A DNA stretch of 64,000 nt from an uncultured Spirochaetota bacterium (GTDB taxonomy: Bacteria; Spirochaetota; Brevinematia; Brevinematales; JAOACQ01): assembly GCA_963768055.1 (NCBI GenBank), contig CAVYGN010000001.1, forward strand, positions 1,504,001 through 1,568,000, written 5' to 3'. The number at the start of each line of letters is the position of its first letter. Position 1 is the stretch's first letter. Positions 28,791 to 38,639 of the stretch are shown here, in pieces. The notes beneath the pieces are model-generated. The model worked only from the letters and a program-made list of their open reading frames with translations. It had not been told where the DNA came from and did no database searches. The position numbers were made by a program, and so were the translations under genes.

Positions 28791-29969
28791 CTATATGGTA
28801 ATATCTACTTCAAGTATGAAGATCTGTTCCGGAATACTCCCCGGCAGCTCCCCGAGTTCTTCGGTGTAATACGCGCAGTTTATCGATAAAAGGGGGAAAA
28901 CCAGGCCGACGCCCGCCGTCGGATAGCCTTTGTAAATACCGGCCCTTAGTTTTATGAAAGTGAGCAGACCGATCTCAGCACCCAGCCTTACCTTAAGAAA
29001 AAAATCCTGTGTAAAATCCTGGATATTGTCCAGGTCGAAATAGAAGGTAAGGTCCGAAACGAAATACTGCGGCAGTACCGACTTTATTTTGTAGCTTGAA
29101 CCGATATCTAGTTCGGGGGCCCAGTAGGTCGGCTGGGTATCATTAGTGTTGTATATTTCCTGCTGGTTCGCGGCATACTCCCGCCACGAGAATTGGGTGC
29201 CGAACCAATCCCTTACCACCAGCCCGAGCGAGAGGTCTTCGCTTTTTAACAACAGTCCCGCATCTGAACCTATCGCCTGGCCCCATAAGAAGCCCTTATC
29301 GAAATTTATAAAACTTATTTCGGTATCGTAAGCTTCCAGGAGGCTCATTCGAGGGTTTGAATATTTTAAACGGTTTATGTATTTTACGGTCACACCGCCG
29401 TAAACGGTAGTAAATTCCCCCAGGAAAACAGGAACGGGTATTTTGAACCCTATGCCGGCGAGGCAGTTTAAGTCAAGATAACTCTGAAAATCGAAATAAG
29501 GAAGGCCCGGGTCCTGTTTTGCCGTGATCGAGGACTGCATATCGTCATAAAAAAGGAGTCCCACACCCTGCCAGAGAAAACCAAGGGCGAGCGGACCCTC
29601 CGCGCCAAGCTCCGCTTTCGCGTTAATCAGTGTCTTCCATTGGTCCGGAGTAAGCTGCGAATAATCACCGCCGTTCTTCTGCAGGGCATTATAAATGGTG
29701 TAATAATTATAGAGATCGTAGTTAGCGGAAACGCCGGCCCTGAAAAGGGAAACGAGGAGGTCGTCGTAAAGCGCAAACGCCGCGGGATTCATGAATAGCA
29801 TGCCGTACTTATCGTAGCTTGTCAGTCCCGCCCCGCCTGTGGCTATGATATCGACGGGAGGGGGAGGTTTAAATTCAGTCGATTCTGCGTAGAAATAAAC
29901 TCCTGATGCGGACAAAAAGATTATAAAGAGGATTAAAAGCCGTACCCTCAATTTCGCCCTCCCAATCAA
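28791..29969 (-). CDS. probable outer-membrane beta-barrel protein
   Basis: Signal peptide, GGAG...LFMNPAA N-terminal motif, alternating beta strands, C-terminal LRAGIYKGYPTAGVG. Confidence 0.6.
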   Translation of the reverse strand: MIGRAKLRVRLLILFIIFLSASGVYFYAESTEFKPPPPVDIIATGGAGLTSYDKYGMLFMNPAAFALYDDLLVSLFRAGVSANYDLYNYYTIYNALQKNGGDYSQLTPDQWKTLINAKAELGAEGPLALGFLWQGVGLLFYDDMQSSITAKQDPGLPYFDFQSYLDLNCLAGIGFKIPVPVFLGEFTTVYGGVTVKYINRLKYSNPRMSLLEAYDTEISFINFDKGFLWGQAIGSDAGLLLKSEDLSLGLVVRDWFGTQFSWREYAANQQEIYNTNDTQPTYWAPELDIGSSYKIKSVLPQYFVSDLTFYFDLDNIQDFTQDFFLKVRLGAEIGLLTFIKLRAGIYKGYPTAGVGLVFPLLSINCAYYTEELGELPGSIPEQIFILEVDITI

Positions 29970-31090
29970 AGCCCGAAATAATTTGTTATATACTTGCCCA
30001 TATTAACCGCGGTTATGGACGGCATCAACACTCTAAGATCCTGCATGTTCGTCACACCGGAATTTTCCATATCGTTGGTAAAAACCGTAAAAGACTGGAG
30101 AGACAAATGAATGTAACCCGCACCTGAAAGACAGCTGTCGACATTCGCTTCGCTCGTAATAGTTAATGTTGTAACAGCAGTTAAGCCGGGAGGGACAAAA
30201 GCGCCGGTAATCTCAAAATAATTTGTTATATTCAGCGGGCTGATTTGAAGAACGTTGTTGGTCACATTCAGGTTTGAAAGCAATGACGCCAGACTATTGA
30301 CAACCCCGCCTATACTGCTTGTCATCTGACTGAATTCCTGTTTTGCCTGGGATGACAATAAGGAATTTATAATATTGCTTGCCGCAATTGCGCTCTCGGC
30401 CTGATTATTGGTAAGGACAGATAATTTCTGGTTCAAAACCGACATAACGGGAACTACTTTTAAAGCATCTATAGGATTAGGCCCTGATAAATTCGTCAAT
30501 GAAGTAATAAGGCTGATGGCGTTTGTCAGGACTGGATTTTGGGTTACATTGAAGCTGCTGTCTATCGATATAAAATCGTTCGTATCGTTCTGAACGTTGC
30601 CGTCGTTGTCTGTATCCACTGTGAAGAAAATTGAATATATCTCGTTAAAAAAATAGAAATTGAGATTGATGTTTACGTCCTTCGCGGGTATTACACCGTC
30701 GGCCTGGTTGTTTATAATCCTGTAGAGGTGGTTATGAATATAGGAAGAGGAATCGTAGAGCTTGTTCTGCAGGCCTCCTATGGAATAACTCGATGAAATG
30801 ATCAAAGTGACCAGATTCGTGAGCGGTATCCTCTCGTATAGATAGCATGTGCAGGAGCCCTCGATCGCCCTTGAATTATTGGGAGCGAGGGCCATCGCCT
30901 TCGAATAGCAATTATAGGCGTTGGTGTAATCCAGGTTGTTTAGATAATAATCGCCCATTGCGACTAAGGTATTTACATCGTAAACGTTGGTGGAATTCGA
31001 AGGGTTGAATACCGAGAACAGGTTGAAACTGCAGGAATTAAAAAAAGCCGCCAGAAATATTATAAAGATAAAAAGATATAAGCCTTTCAT
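29966..31090 (-). CDS. lipoprotein with N-terminal TPR
   Basis: Lipobox FNS-C; MGDYYLNNLDYTNAYNCYSKAMALAP TPR motif. Confidence 0.7.
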   Translation of the reverse strand: MKGLYLFIFIIFLAAFFNSCSFNLFSVFNPSNSTNVYDVNTLVAMGDYYLNNLDYTNAYNCYSKAMALAPNNSRAIEGSCTCYLYERIPLTNLVTLIISSSYSIGGLQNKLYDSSSYIHNHLYRIINNQADGVIPAKDVNINLNFYFFNEIYSIFFTVDTDNDGNVQNDTNDFISIDSSFNVTQNPVLTNAISLITSLTNLSGPNPIDALKVVPVMSVLNQKLSVLTNNQAESAIAASNIINSLLSSQAKQEFSQMTSSIGGVVNSLASLLSNLNVTNNVLQISPLNITNYFEITGAFVPPGLTAVTTLTITSEANVDSCLSGAGYIHLSLQSFTVFTNDMENSGVTNMQDLRVLMPSITAVNMGKYITNYFGL

Positions 31091-31321
31091 GTATCCTCTT
31101 TATACTTCTTTTCGGCTATACTGATTTTTAAATTCACAAATTTTATATATATAATTCAACAAATTTAACGGTTTGTCAAATTAATCAAATCAGTATGCAT
31201 TACTTAATAAGCGGTTATTAAAAAATATAATTATTAAATGTATTTGTAAAATTCAGGGTATTTTTTTGGAAAAATAGTAGGTTTATTTTTACTACTATTA
31301 TCAAAATTTAAGCTAAAACTA

Positions 31322-31350
31322 TTGACAGAAATAAAAAAAAAAGAGATAAT
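31322..31350 (+). promoter_or_regulatory. sigma70-type promoter of ddl-ftsQAZ
   Basis: TTGACA-17bp-GATAAT. Confidence 0.55.
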
Positions 31351-31406
31351 ACAAATGTTTAATTTACAATGTTATCTTTTTTTTAATAATTGGAAGAGGG
31401 GATCCG

Positions 31407-32357
31407 ATGAGGCTGGATGAGGATTTAAACCGTTATAAAGGAAAAAAGATCGGTGTACTCATGGGCGGTCTTTCATCCGAAAGGGAAATCTCTCTTTGTT
31501 CGGGTGAAAATGTTTACAATTCCCTTCTGAATTTAGGTCTGAACGCGGTCAAAATTGACGCAGGCAGGGATCTTATCAGGGACCTTTCAGACACCCGCAT
31601 CGATATCGTTTTCAATATTCTCCATGGTAAATACGGCGAAGACGGCATAGTCCAGGGCATCCTTGAATATCTTGATATTCCCTATACCGGATCAGGCATA
31701 CTCGGAAGCGCAATCGGCATCGATAAGATCATGTCAAAAAAAATATTTATTCAAAACGGCATACCTGTACCACCTCATGTTTGCATAGATATTGCAGATC
31801 CCTTGAAAACCCTGGAAGCTATTGCGTCGGAGATCGGATTCCCGTTCGTTCTGAAGCCGAATTGCGAGGGATCCAGTATCGGCGTGTCCCTGATAAAGGA
31901 CGATTCTGATTACAGGAGTAAAATCGCCGGCCATATTGACGAATATCCATGTTCTTATGCGGAAAGATATATTGCCGGCAAGGAGATAACGATAGGCATA
32001 GCGGGGAACAGAAATAATATCATGACCCTTCCTATATTAAGCCTTAAACCGGCGAACGAATTTTATGATTTTGAGGCGAAATATACCAAGGGTCTCACTG
32101 AATTCGAACTCCCCGCAAAGATGACTTTAGAAAAAGAAAAAACGATTTTAAAATTCGCTGAAACGGCTTTCAGGGAAATGAAACTTTCAGGAGTTGTCCG
32201 TTTTGACGCGATAATCGACGATAATGAAAATCCCTATTTTTTGGAAGTGAATACAATCCCGGGAATGACTGAAACCAGCGATATTCCGGCAATGGCCAGG
32301 GCAGCCGGATGCTATGACGAACTGCTGATAACGATTCTCGACAGTTCGATAAAATAG
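31407..32357 (+). CDS. ddl: D-alanine--D-alanine ligase
   Basis: GGLSSEREIS, LHGKYGEDG, EGSSIG, YDFEAKY, LEVNTIPGMT. Confidence 0.96.
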   Translation: MRLDEDLNRYKGKKIGVLMGGLSSEREISLCSGENVYNSLLNLGLNAVKIDAGRDLIRDLSDTRIDIVFNILHGKYGEDGIVQGILEYLDIPYTGSGILGSAIGIDKIMSKKIFIQNGIPVPPHVCIDIADPLKTLEAIASEIGFPFVLKPNCEGSSIGVSLIKDDSDYRSKIAGHIDEYPCSYAERYIAGKEITIGIAGNRNNIMTLPILSLKPANEFYDFEAKYTKGLTEFELPAKMTLEKEKTILKFAETAFREMKLSGVVRFDAIIDDNENPYFLEVNTIPGMTETSDIPAMARAAGCYDELLITILDSSIK

Positions 32358-32365
32358 GAATAACA

Positions 32366-33076
32366 ATGGGAAAGGCGTTGTCTTCATTTATCATATTCGT
32401 GTTCTTTACGGCTTTTCTTGGCGGTCTTCATTACGGAATGTACTATCTGCTTTCCAGGCAGGGAAGGTTGAACCTGTCCGAAATACGTATCGAAGGCAAT
32501 AATCTTCTATCCGAAAGGGCGGTCATCGAAGCCTCCGCCCTCCTTCCCGGCAGAAGCATTTTCGGCCTTGATCTAAGGCAGGTCGAAGACAACCTGAAGA
32601 AAAATTACCTTGTCGAGGGTGCAATAGTGGAACTTTTACCGCCGGATAAAGTTCTTATCAGGGTAAGCGAGAGAGCTCCGGCCGCGGTAATAGCCGACAG
32701 CACTAAAAAAGGCTTCATATGTGATGGAAACGGCCATATTCTTGCTAATGGCTACTTGCCCGAGCTTCCGGTGATCCTGCTCGATTATGCCATTTCCGAT
32801 GAAAAGACAATCAGCGACGGTTACATTCTCGCTCTTCTTGATAATCTATCCGGGTTCGAAAGGAAAAATGAAATTGGAAGGATAATTGTGAAAAAAAACG
32901 AGGGGACTTCGATCATTATTAAAATCCTCGCCGGTACGGTTTTCTTTACGGGAAAGAGCATTCCCGACAGGGATTTATACAATAAGATCCTCAGTACCGC
33001 TGAAAAAATCAAGGCTAAAGGCCTGAAAATAAAGTATATCGATATTAATAAGGACAGCGCTATCGGTTACGAATGA
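32366..33076 (+). CDS. ftsQ: cell division protein FtsQ/DivIB
   Basis: One TM segment, POTRA-like IEGNNLLS...PDKVLIRVSER; lies between ddl and ftsA. Confidence 0.85.
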   Translation: MGKALSSFIIFVFFTAFLGGLHYGMYYLLSRQGRLNLSEIRIEGNNLLSERAVIEASALLPGRSIFGLDLRQVEDNLKKNYLVEGAIVELLPPDKVLIRVSERAPAAVIADSTKKGFICDGNGHILANGYLPELPVILLDYAISDEKTISDGYILALLDNLSGFERKNEIGRIIVKKNEGTSIIIKILAGTVFFTGKSIPDRDLYNKILSTAEKIKAKGLKIKYIDINKDSAIGYE

Positions 33077-34335
33077 TATCGGTTCCTTGGGAGGCTGCTT
33101 TGGAAACCCGCACTGTTGTCGGTCTGGATATCGGCACAACAAAAGTCTGCACCGTGATCGCCAAGATCGGTGAAACCAACGACCTTGAAATAATGGGGGT
33201 CGGCATCGCGCCTTCAAAGGGTTTGAGAAAGGGCGTGGTCATTAATATAGACAGTACGGCAGCGTCCATCGCGGCTTCAGTAGAAAAAGCGGAAATCCAG
33301 GCCGGCTACGAGGTAAAAGGAGTTTATATAGGGATATCGGGCGGCCATGTCGAAGGCATCAACAGCAAGGGAGTCATCGCCGTATCGGATAAGAATAAGG
33401 AGATAACCGAGGCCGATGTAAGAAGGGTCATTGACGCCGCGACTGCCATTGTCATACCCGTCGACAGGGAAGTGGTCCATATAATCCCCCAGGAATTTAT
33501 AGTCGACGACCAGGACGGCATCAAAGACCCTGTAGGAATGTCCGGGATACGCCTGGAAGCAATGGTAAATATCATAACAGCCGCAGCGACTTCGGTGAAT
33601 AATATAGTTAAAAGCGTCAATAAGGCCGGTTTTGACGCGCTCGATATAGTTCTGGAACCGCTTGCTTCGGCGCAGGCTATCCTTACCGAAGAGGAAAAAG
33701 AATTGGGAGTCGTCCTTATAGATATCGGCGGAGGAACCTCCGATTATGTTATATATGAGGAGGGCAGTTCGAGGCAGACAGGCATACTCTCGATAGGCGG
33801 AAATCATATAACTAACGATATAGCCTTCGGCTTGAAAACCCCGATAGTTTCAGCGGAAGAAATTAAAAAAAGATACGGCGCTTCCATCGCCGAATATATA
33901 GACGACAATGAGGAGATCGAAGTGCCCGGCCTGGGCGGCAGAATGCCGGCTGTGGAAAAAAGGCGAAAATTAGTGGAAATAATCGAGCCAAGGATCGAAG
34001 AGATCCTTTCGCTTGTCAACCAGGAAATAATAAAAACAAGAAAAAAGGATTATCTGGCCGCAGGTGTTGTCCTCACAGGCGGCGTCGCTATGACTCCTTT
34101 TATAGTCGAACTCGCGGGGGAGGTTTTCAACCTTCCAGTAAGGATCGGCAGGCCTCTTGGCATCAAGGGCCTTAAGGATATCGTAGACAGCCCGGTTTAT
34201 TCCACCGCTGTCGGCCTGGCCCTTTACGCCCAGGATAATTTGCCGAAACTAGGTCCCACAAATTCCAGGGATGACGATAAGAACTTCAAATCCATTATAG
34301 AAAGGATAAGGGAATGGTTTAACGAGTTTTTTTAG
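33073..34335 (+). CDS. ftsA: cell division protein FtsA (true start possibly TTG at 33100)
   Basis: GLDIGTTKV, DIGGGTSD, GVVLTGG, amphipathic C-terminal WFNEFF. Confidence 0.97.
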   Translation: MISVPWEAALETRTVVGLDIGTTKVCTVIAKIGETNDLEIMGVGIAPSKGLRKGVVINIDSTAASIAASVEKAEIQAGYEVKGVYIGISGGHVEGINSKGVIAVSDKNKEITEADVRRVIDAATAIVIPVDREVVHIIPQEFIVDDQDGIKDPVGMSGIRLEAMVNIITAAATSVNNIVKSVNKAGFDALDIVLEPLASAQAILTEEEKELGVVLIDIGGGTSDYVIYEEGSSRQTGILSIGGNHITNDIAFGLKTPIVSAEEIKKRYGASIAEYIDDNEEIEVPGLGGRMPAVEKRRKLVEIIEPRIEEILSLVNQEIIKTRKKDYLAAGVVLTGGVAMTPFIVELAGEVFNLPVRIGRPLGIKGLKDIVDSPVYSTAVGLALYAQDNLPKLGPTNSRDDDKNFKSIIERIREWFNEFF

Positions 34336-34410
34336 GGCGCTTCTAATATAACCTACGGGCTCCTTCGGCACTCTTACGAGCACAGGCCCTACGGATATTA
34401 GAATTGTCCC
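34335..34410. mobile_element. MITE copy M3, between ftsA and ftsZ
   Basis: TTTA|GGGCGCTTCTAATAT...ATATTAGAATTGTCCC|TTAA. Confidence 0.75.
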
Positions 34411-34443
34411 TTAATCAATATAAATCGGAAAAGGGAGGGAACC

Positions 34444-35640
34444 ATGGCATATGAGAGATACGAGCAGGAAAGGTACCAGGAGGCAGCACCAGCATACGAG
34501 GGGGAAGAATCGCTTACCAGGATAAAGGTTATAGGCATCGGCGGCGCGGGCTGCAATGCGATCAACAGAATGATCGAGGACGGAATCAGCAACGTCGAAT
34601 TTGTCGCGGTAAATACCGACGCCCAGGTTTTAAAGAATTCGCTCGCCAAAAATACCCTTCAGATAGGGGCGCGTTCAACGAAGGGTCTTGGCGCGGGGGC
34701 GAAGCCCGAAGTCGGTGAAAAGGCCGCACAGGAGGATATTGAAGAAATAAGGGCCCTGCTTGATAAAACTAACATGGTCTTTATTACGGCGGGAATGGGC
34801 GGAGGAACCGGAACCGGCGCAGCTCCGATATTCGCAAAAGTGGCTAAGGACATAGGAGCCCTGACGGTAGCGGTAGTCACTATACCGTTCGATTTCGAAG
34901 GAAAAAGAAGGATAGATACTGCATACCATGGAATCGCAAGGCTTAAGGAACATGTCGATACGATGCTTGTTATCTCAAATTCACGTATTTTTAAGGTCAT
35001 CGAAAGAAAAGCGGGCGTAAAACAGGCCTTTAATAAGATCGACGACGTGTTAAAGCAGGCAGTCCAGGGGATCTCGAGCATAATCACCGAGGTCGGAATC
35101 ATCAATGTGGATTTCGCGGATGTTAAAACTGTCCTTTCAAGCCGCGGAGAAGCAATAATGGGAATTGGAATAGGCCAGGGCGACGACAGGGCGATAAATG
35201 CGGCGCGGGGCGCTCTTGAAAATCCTCTTATCGAGAATTCATCATTTAAAAACGCCGGAGCGATGCTGGTAAATATCATCGGGGGGCCGGATTTCGGTAT
35301 GGTCGAATACGACGAGGCCGCTAAAACCATAGCGGAATATTGCAGGCCCGACGCGGAAATCATCGTCGGCCTTAATGTGGACGAGAGCCTCAAAGATAAA
35401 GTCAGGATAATAATAATCGCGACGGATTTTACATCCAGCCAGACCCGTGAGAATGAAAAGGAAATAATACCCGCTGAAAATATTTTCGAGGAAAGGAAGG
35501 TGGTTTCATTATCGGAGCTGCGCCATGAACGTGGTAAAATCAGGAGCCCGCAGAACACAGGGTCGATCCACAAGGTAGTTTCCCCGATATCGGACGATTA
35601 CGAAACACCCGCTTTTTTAAGAAAAAGGAAAATGGGTTAA
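34444..35640 (+). CDS. ftsZ: cell division protein FtsZ
   Basis: GIGGAGCNA, GMGGGTGTG, NVDFADV, C-terminal ETPAFLR. Confidence 0.98.
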   Translation: MAYERYEQERYQEAAPAYEGEESLTRIKVIGIGGAGCNAINRMIEDGISNVEFVAVNTDAQVLKNSLAKNTLQIGARSTKGLGAGAKPEVGEKAAQEDIEEIRALLDKTNMVFITAGMGGGTGTGAAPIFAKVAKDIGALTVAVVTIPFDFEGKRRIDTAYHGIARLKEHVDTMLVISNSRIFKVIERKAGVKQAFNKIDDVLKQAVQGISSIITEVGIINVDFADVKTVLSSRGEAIMGIGIGQGDDRAINAARGALENPLIENSSFKNAGAMLVNIIGGPDFGMVEYDEAAKTIAEYCRPDAEIIVGLNVDESLKDKVRIIIIATDFTSSQTRENEKEIIPAENIFEERKVVSLSELRHERGKIRSPQNTGSIHKVVSPISDDYETPAFLRKRKMG

Positions 35641-35749
35641 GGGCAGTTGTAATAACTTAAGAATATCACCCTATATTCCAACAAGAGCAGTGTATTTTCT
35701 AATATTTGCCCTATGGGCGCTTCCTATCTGAAGGTTTTTAGATGCGCCC
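35641..35749. mobile_element. MITE copy M4, filling the whole gap between the ftsZ and ruvC stop codons
   Basis: TTAA|GGGCAGTTGTAA...TTAGATGCGCCC|TTAA; homologous to 52865-52947. Confidence 0.78.
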
Positions 35750-36250
35750 TTAAACTGACGCCTTACGGATCCTTTCACGGAATTTAATTGCGCTGATGCC
35801 TGAAAACGCTATCGCGATAGCGTCGGAAATATCGTCAGGTCCCGGTATTCCCGCTATTGAAAAGATCATTTCAACGGATTTTCTTATCTGCGCTTTATCC
35901 GAGCGGCCGTAGCCGGTCACGGCCATTTTGACCTGAAGCGGGGTGAATTCATAAAGAGGCAGGCAGTGCCTGGCCGAGAGGAGTATTATAATTCCCCTCA
36001 ATTCGCTTATTTCAAGGGCTGTTTTTACATTTTTTGCGAAAATAATTTTTTCCATGGCAATGAATTCGGGTTTTCGTTCGCAAATAAGTTTTTCAAGATC
36101 CTCGTAGATTTGAAGGAACCTGACAGGTTTTTCAAGCCTTCTATCAGTTGATATTAGGCCGTATGATATTAAATTTAAATTGTCGTCAATCGATTCGATA
36201 AATCCATACCCCAACCTGTCATATCCGGGGTCAATACCAAGCACGATCAT
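35750..36250 (-). CDS. ruvC: crossover junction endodeoxyribonuclease RuvC
   Basis: VLGIDPG, TPLQVKMAVTGYG, DDISDAIAIA. Confidence 0.95.
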   Translation of the reverse strand: MIVLGIDPGYDRLGYGFIESIDDNLNLISYGLISTDRRLEKPVRFLQIYEDLEKLICERKPEFIAMEKIIFAKNVKTALEISELRGIIILLSARHCLPLYEFTPLQVKMAVTGYGRSDKAQIRKSVEMIFSIAGIPGPDDISDAIAIAFSGISAIKFRERIRKASV

Positions 36251-37437
36251 TTAACCGCCTTTTTTCTACAGCAGGCAGTTTTCAAAACCAGCCATTCGGC
36301 TATATCTTTTTTACTTCCTTCCATACACTCGCCGCCTTCAGATTCCCCTGAAAAGAGTTCGACCCTGTTTTCATCTCTTCCCATAGGCGAAGTATTATTT
36401 TGTATGTCTATCATATTCAAAGCGATAAAGTCAAGGTTCTTATCCCTTAATTTTTTTAATGCGTTAACTGCACCGTTATCGGATTCCAGGGCGAAACCTA
36501 CGGTCAGCTTACCGTTACCAATGCCTGAAACGGATATTTCCTTTAAAATATCAGGCGTTTTTATCAGTTTGATCTCCCGGGCATTTTCTTTTTTTATTTT
36601 ATCCTCGCTGTATGAATCGGGTTTAAAATCAGCCGGAGCCCCTGCCATATAGAGACCGTCGAATTGAGGCAGGTTTAACCTGACAGCTTCAAGCATTTCC
36701 TCTGCGGAATAGGCCTTGACAGACGGTATCCATGAAGGCAGCGGAATTGAAATATTGGAATAAATAAGCAGGACTTCCGCACCTTTCCTGAAAAGGGATT
36801 TTGCAATCTCTATCCCCATTTTGCCGGATGAAAAATTGGAAATGTACCTTACAGGATCGATCTTTTCAATCGTACCTCCTGCAGTCACAAGAAACCTCAT
36901 GCCTTTAAGAGGTTCGTCGACATCCCTGCTGATTAACGCAAAGATTTTATCTTCAGGAGGGAGCCTTCCTCTGCCGGTTGTCCCGCAGGCAAGATCCCCG
37001 TTGTCAGGCATGACGACAATATAACCAAGGCTTGATAATTTTTGAAGATTTTCATAGCTGGCCCTGTTATCGAACATCCTTGTGTTCATCGCCGGAAACA
37101 GTATTTTCCTTTTATTAAACGCCAGCATCGAAGTTGTCAAAAGACTGTCGGCAAAACCTGCAGCGATTTTAGCAAGAATATCGGCGGAGGCGGGAACAAC
37201 GGCGAAAACATCAGCCCAATCCGAGAGCCTGATATGTGCAAGGGGTTCGCGCATATCGAAATCTTTTACAAATACCTCTTCCCCTGAAATAGCCTTAAAA
37301 AGTAACGGATTAACGAGTTTAGCCGCATTCCTCGTCATTATTACCCTGACAATATGTCCATCCCTCCTGAGCAGCCTGATAACTGTCGGAATTTTATAAA
37401 TAGATATGCCGGCGCTTATGCCGAGAAGGATTTTCAT
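36247..37437 (-). CDS. coaBC: phosphopantothenoylcysteine decarboxylase/synthase CoaBC
   Basis: GISAGISIYK, PAMNTRM, LACG, TAGGT..DPVRYISNFSSGKMG. Confidence 0.95.
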   Translation of the reverse strand: MKILLGISAGISIYKIPTVIRLLRRDGHIVRVIMTRNAAKLVNPLLFKAISGEEVFVKDFDMREPLAHIRLSDWADVFAVVPASADILAKIAAGFADSLLTTSMLAFNKRKILFPAMNTRMFDNRASYENLQKLSSLGYIVVMPDNGDLACGTTGRGRLPPEDKIFALISRDVDEPLKGMRFLVTAGGTIEKIDPVRYISNFSSGKMGIEIAKSLFRKGAEVLLIYSNISIPLPSWIPSVKAYSAEEMLEAVRLNLPQFDGLYMAGAPADFKPDSYSEDKIKKENAREIKLIKTPDILKEISVSGIGNGKLTVGFALESDNGAVNALKKLRDKNLDFIALNMIDIQNNTSPMGRDENRVELFSGESEGGECMEGSKKDIAEWLVLKTACCRKKAVK

Positions 37438-37439
37438 GG

Positions 37440-38639
37440 CTACTTCCTGCTTTGTACTTTTATCCACTTCAGCAGAATATAATAACTGTTGTCTTTTACT
37501 ACGATGCTGTATATGTTCCCGTCGTTGTCCACATAAAAACCGAAATTTGCTGTATTATCGGATAATACAGGCGCATAATATATCTCTTCATTTTTTTTAG
37601 GCGAATTAATGTCGATAAACCTGAACCGGATGCCATGATATTTTTCAATATAGGAATAAAGGACAAGAATATCGTCCCTGGTCACCTTTAGAAACTGGTC
37701 CATATATCTTTTACTCTGAAATATATTTTTCGTAATAGCGTTCTGTAAAATGCTGTAAACATCAAGGGAATGATATGTATTCTCAGGCATACCTGTATTC
37801 GACACGCCGTTTTGAATGCCGTAGTAATCCGTATAAATTATCAGGCGTTCGTCATTTTTCAAATTATAGATATCGCCCACCTGTCCCACATAAATGTTTT
37901 TACCCCTGACATTGGTCGATGATATATATCTCGTACTGAATTCAAAAGAAAGCTCCCCGGAGGGAGAAAAGCGCTTCACAAGCCATACGGTATCGTCACC
38001 GTCATATTGCTTATAAAAAGCATAGAGATTATCGAACAGGTCCGTGTCGATCCTCTCCGGATAAGTCATAGGTTCCGAATGTATGCCGTTGTTTCCAATC
38101 GCATAAATAAATTTACCGTCTGTCGAGAATTTGTATATATAGTAATTGCTGCTCCCCTTGACCGCATTGGTATCAATAAAATTCGGATCGCCCGCTGTGT
38201 TAGTATCAAATTTGCTTTCAATATTGGATTGAGAAGCCAGCACGTATATTTCTCCGTATTTATTCAGGATTACCTGGAATGGAATATTGAAACTGTACCC
38301 TTCGCCCGAAGCGGGGATTGAAGATATTTTAGCTTTTTCCCCTCCCCCTTTCATAGAAAATATGGATATTCTTTTATTGTATACGTCAGCCAGGTAAAGT
38401 TTGTCCCTGAAAATATCGAATTGCTTGGGAATATCTATATAATCCCCGATGAAAACTTCCGAAGAATTTGTATAATAGTTGGTCAGCAGGGGTATATTAC
38501 TGCCGATTTCATCAAACCCCGAGCCCAGGGGCGCGTAAAAAACTATCTCATACTGCATGAAATTGGGCCTGTCGGTGCATGACGATAAGGCTATGGCTAA
38601 CACTGCAAGGCAGATTAAAATATTAAAGTGTTTTTTCAT
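37440..38639 (-). CDS. lipoprotein with NHL/beta-propeller-like repeats
   Basis: Lipobox LSS-C; LYLADVYNKRI, YKFSTDGKFI, VDNDGNIY. Confidence 0.7.
   Translation of the reverse strand: MKKHFNILICLAVLAIALSSCTDRPNFMQYEIVFYAPLGSGFDEIGSNIPLLTNYYTNSSEVFIGDYIDIPKQFDIFRDKLYLADVYNKRISIFSMKGGGEKAKISSIPASGEGYSFNIPFQVILNKYGEIYVLASQSNIESKFDTNTAGDPNFIDTNAVKGSSNYYIYKFSTDGKFIYAIGNNGIHSEPMTYPERIDTDLFDNLYAFYKQYDGDDTVWLVKRFSPSGELSFEFSTRYISSTNVRGKNIYVGQVGDIYNLKNDERLIIYTDYYGIQNGVSNTGMPENTYHSLDVYSILQNAITKNIFQSKRYMDQFLKVTRDDILVLYSYIEKYHGIRFRFIDINSPKKNEEIYYAPVLSDNTANFGFYVDNDGNIYSIVVKDNSYYILLKWIKVQSRK

Noticed and set aside
31091..31406. Very AT-rich intergenic region as a replication origin
   Set aside because: No clustered DnaA boxes recognised; explained by divergent promoters.
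34659..35573. 304-aa antisense ORF
   Set aside because: Shadow of ftsZ on the opposite strand.
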